From the NCBI GenBank assembly GCA_964459075.1, contig CAYWKE010000005.1, positions 1 through 34,652 on the forward strand: DNA of 34,652 nucleotides, read 5' to 3'. Shown here one piece after another: positions 32,473 to 34,652 of this stretch. The position numbers and the translations under genes were made by a program. Within the stretch, counting starts at the first letter, position 1, and every line of letters starts with the position of its first letter. The notes beneath the pieces are model-generated. The model ran no database searches, was not told the DNA's origin, and saw nothing but the letters and a program-made list of their open reading frames with translations. Source of the stretch: an uncultured Candidatus Saccharibacteria bacterium. GTDB lineage: Bacteria > Patescibacteriota > Minisyncoccia > Phycocordibacterales > UBA12088.

Positions 32473-32859
32473 ATGCTCGAATTCTTCGAACGCAGGCGCT
32501 TTCGGCGCGTGCTCTATAGCTACCCGATCATTGGCGTGGTAGGACTCGTTGCTGTCCTCTTGCTGTTTCCTGCGTGGAGCGCATACAGCAATATGAATGC
32601 CACCGCTGAGAAGCGTGAGGACGTGGCTGCAGAATTGGAGCGGTTGTCAGCCCGCGAGGCCGCACTCCAAGAGGAGATAGATAGACTTGCGACCGAGCGA
32701 GGAGTAGAAGCGGAGATACGGCGTAAATTTGAGGTTGGACATGAAGGGGAGGAGCTCATCGTCATTGTTGGACTTCCTGACGCGCCACAGGTCGAAGAGC
32801 CGGAACCGACACAGCCTTCGTGGGGGGAGCGCATTCGCGGTTTCGTTCCGTTTCTATAA
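32473..32859 (+). CDS. Septum formation initiator (FtsB/DivIC family)
   Basis: TM helix followed by a coiled coil and GVEAEIRRKFEVGHEGEELIVI. Confidence 0.8.
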   Translation: MLEFFERRRFRRVLYSYPIIGVVGLVAVLLLFPAWSAYSNMNATAEKREDVAAELERLSAREAALQEEIDRLATERGVEAEIRRKFEVGHEGEELIVIVGLPDAPQVEEPEPTQPSWGERIRGFVPFL

Positions 32860-32879
32860 GCTGGGCCTCTCAGAGCAAC

Positions 32880-33800
32880 TCAGAACCACTCACGCTTCGC
32901 GAAGAGGTAGGCGACCGATGCTGAGAGGAGTGCGGTCCCGGTGAGGATGAACCAAAACGCACGTGGATCATCTGCAAGTGGCAGGTCGACGTTCATGCCG
33001 AAGAACGAGCCCACGATGGTGGGAAGCGTGAGGATGATGGTGAGACCGGTGAGTACTTTGATGATCTGATTCAAGTTGTTCGTGAGGATGGTCGTGTAGG
33101 TCGAGCGGATGTTGATGATGGTGGCTTCGAGCGTGCGGGCGGATTCGATGAGCTGCTCGTTGGAGAGCTGGAGATCCTCGATGAGGTCGATGTCTTCCTC
33201 AAAGAGCTCCAGGTGGCGCCCTTTGATGAGGGTCTTGAGGGCTGAATTGGTAGGCATAAGTGCAGAAATGAAGTCATTCAGGGTATCCTCAAGCGCAACG
33301 AACCCTACCACGTCTGCGCTCTTGATCTCACGCAGGTTGCGGCGATTGCGACGAACCTCACGACGAATGGTGAGGAGTGCTTTCGTGTAGCGCTTGTTCA
33401 TACCCAGCATCAGCTGGATTAAGAGCTTGGTCTTTTGGGTTGTGATGACGTACTCGCTTCCTGAGCTGAGTTTCTCGATGAAGCGTGGGGTTTCGCGAAC
33501 AACGGTGAGCACGAACGTGCCTCCAACCGCAATGAGAATGGGCGCGGTGGTCGTTTCCGTCCCGGTCTCGTAGACGTAGCGGGTGTAGAAGTAGGCAATG
33601 TTGTTGTCGAGCTCGAAACGGGGAACCTCAAAGGGGTCCACGCCATCCTTGAGCAGACTCACATCCAGGCCGTAGGTCTGAACCAGGCCGACCAATTCCT
33701 CCTCGGTCGGGTTTTCAGCATGGATCCAGATGCCGGGGCGATAGTCAGAGATCATTTCAAGTGTTTGGCCCTTGAGGGAACGAAAGTAGCGTGTCAGCAT
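32880..33800 (-). CDS. corA: CorA-family Mg2+ transporter
   Basis: WIHAENPT, NNLNQIIKVLT and PTIVGSFFGMNV (GMN motif), two C-terminal TM helices; ATG 33800 lies 7 nt after TAGAAT. Confidence 0.9.
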   Translation of the reverse strand: MLTRYFRSLKGQTLEMISDYRPGIWIHAENPTEEELVGLVQTYGLDVSLLKDGVDPFEVPRFELDNNIAYFYTRYVYETGTETTTAPILIAVGGTFVLTVVRETPRFIEKLSSGSEYVITTQKTKLLIQLMLGMNKRYTKALLTIRREVRRNRRNLREIKSADVVGFVALEDTLNDFISALMPTNSALKTLIKGRHLELFEEDIDLIEDLQLSNEQLIESARTLEATIINIRSTYTTILTNNLNQIIKVLTGLTIILTLPTIVGSFFGMNVDLPLADDPRAFWFILTGTALLSASVAYLFAKREWF

Positions 33801-33914
33801 GTGAGGTATTCTACCACGCATGTGGCTTTGGACAGCCATTCTTGCGGGGTGGGCTGTTGCGTGTGCTATACTAAAGTGACAAGATTTGTTAGTGAGGTGT
33901 AATCATTATTCGTT

Positions 33915-34163
33915 ATGGAGGAACAAACGACACCAAAGGTCATCATTTACAGCACGCCCACGTGCCACTTCTGTCACGCGGCCAAAGAGTTCATGGATGC
34001 GAACAGTATTGCGTACGAGGATAACGACGTTGCATCAGACGCCGATAAGCGCGCAGAGATGGTCGAGAAGACCGGTCAGATGGGCGTGCCGGTGATTGTC
34101 ATCGGCGAGGAGATCATGGTCGGGTTTGATGAAGGGAAGATGAAGGAGCTTCTCGGCTTGTAG
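33915..34163 (+). CDS. Glutaredoxin-like protein (NrdH/YruB type)
   Basis: IYSTPTCHFC (CxxC), GQMGVPVI and MVGFD. Confidence 0.9.
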   Translation: MEEQTTPKVIIYSTPTCHFCHAAKEFMDANSIAYEDNDVASDADKRAEMVEKTGQMGVPVIVIGEEIMVGFDEGKMKELLGL

Positions 34164-34172
34164 CCAAGAAGC

Positions 34173-34201
34173 GAGTATGAGGGGTGAGTATGAGTATGAG
34201 G
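34173..34201 (+). repeat. GAGTATG-type triple repeat module, copy 2
   Basis: Matches 32170-32198 and is followed by a GC hairpin. Confidence 0.8.
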
Positions 34202-34269
34202 GCGCGGGCGGCTAAGGCCGCCGCGCTTCGCTTGCGTTTTCCGCTGTTCTTGGGCATACAGGGGTGATT

Positions 34270-34377
34270 GCCCCCTGTAGCTCAATGGAGTGAGAAAGCT
34301 TGGGAAGCTTTTTCACCGGTCCCGTCCGAGGGACTGTGGCGGTCTCCCGGAACCGTCGAAGAGTGGGTTCGGTTCAG
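34270..34377 (+). pseudogene. Hairpin-expanded degenerate tRNA-Arg copy
   Basis: GCCCCC(T)GTAGCTCAATGGA, TCCCGTCCGAGGGA and GAAGAG-TGGGTTCGGTTC match, in order, the acceptor/D, anticodon and variable/T segments of the adjacent tRNA. Confidence 0.6.
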
Positions 34378-34409
34378 GATCGAACTGTAGTACAGTGTGT
34401 GAGCTACCT

Positions 34410-34481
34410 GCCCCCGTAGCTCAATGGATAGAGCTATTCCGTCCTAAGGAAGAGATGTGGGTTCGATTCCTGCCGGGGGCA
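34410..34481 (+). tRNA. tRNA-Arg(CCT)
   Basis: Acceptor stem GCCCCCG/CGGGGGC-A, D arm GCTC..GAGC, anticodon arm TTCC-GTCCTAA-GGAA, T arm GTGGG-TTCGATT-CCTGC. Confidence 0.93.
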
Positions 34482-34652
34482 CAAATTGATACTTCTTCGG
34501 AATTAAGGCAAGCAGACCGCCGCCGCGAAGCGGCGACGGAAGGCAGAAAACCTCGTCGCTTCGCGACGAAATGGCTGGGCGAGGAAACGGAAAAGTAGGC
34601 GGATTTGTTACGAACCGCATGGTTCGTTCCGATTTTTTGGACGAAGGAGGCA

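Noticed and set aside
34290-34598. 102-aa ORF across tRNA-Arg
   Set aside because: It overlaps an intact tRNA and hairpins, so it is probably spurious.
1-34652. Alternative genetic code (TGA read as Gly or Trp), or prophage/IS genes
   Set aside because: TGA ends conserved proteins at their expected C-termini (for example lepA 32142 and HAD 2944). No integrase, transposase or phage motifs were seen.

Overview
A 34.6-kb bacterial chromosomal segment, mostly housekeeping genes. The lineage is probably Patescibacteria/CPR (Parcubacteria-like); this is an inference from gene content, Fe-S-less glycosylases and -10 boxes abutting start codons. Genes in order: ABC-2 exporter, nth, HAD phosphatase, PspC protein, short MutY, MFS, rnj, family-5 solute-binding protein, secG, groES-groEL, a 4.3-kb cassette of secreted proteins (TolB-like propeller, M23/beta-helix protein) bracketed by twin GC hairpins, lemA...htpX, a GGDEF protein, tRNA-Ser(GGA), a flavodoxin-fold oxidoreductase, a receiver-domain protein, a DNPH1/Rcl-like protein, a spermidine-synthase/M28 fusion, rnpB, a TPR membrane protein, murJ, lepA, ftsB-like, corA, glutaredoxin and tRNA-Arg(CCT). 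The most unusual signal is in the stable-RNA loci. The intact tRNA-Ser(GGA) is nested inside the anticodon arm of a second, split tRNA-Ser, built from alternating CCAGCACCAA/TTGGTGCTGG inverted repeats. tRNA-Arg(CCT) is preceded by a hairpin-expanded decayed copy of itself. Three RNase P RNA helices carry the same GCACC...GGTGC arms. Together these suggest small palindromic elements that colonise or duplicate structural RNA genes. No integrase, transposase or CRISPR array is visible. All product calls are by motif recognition only; no searches were run.
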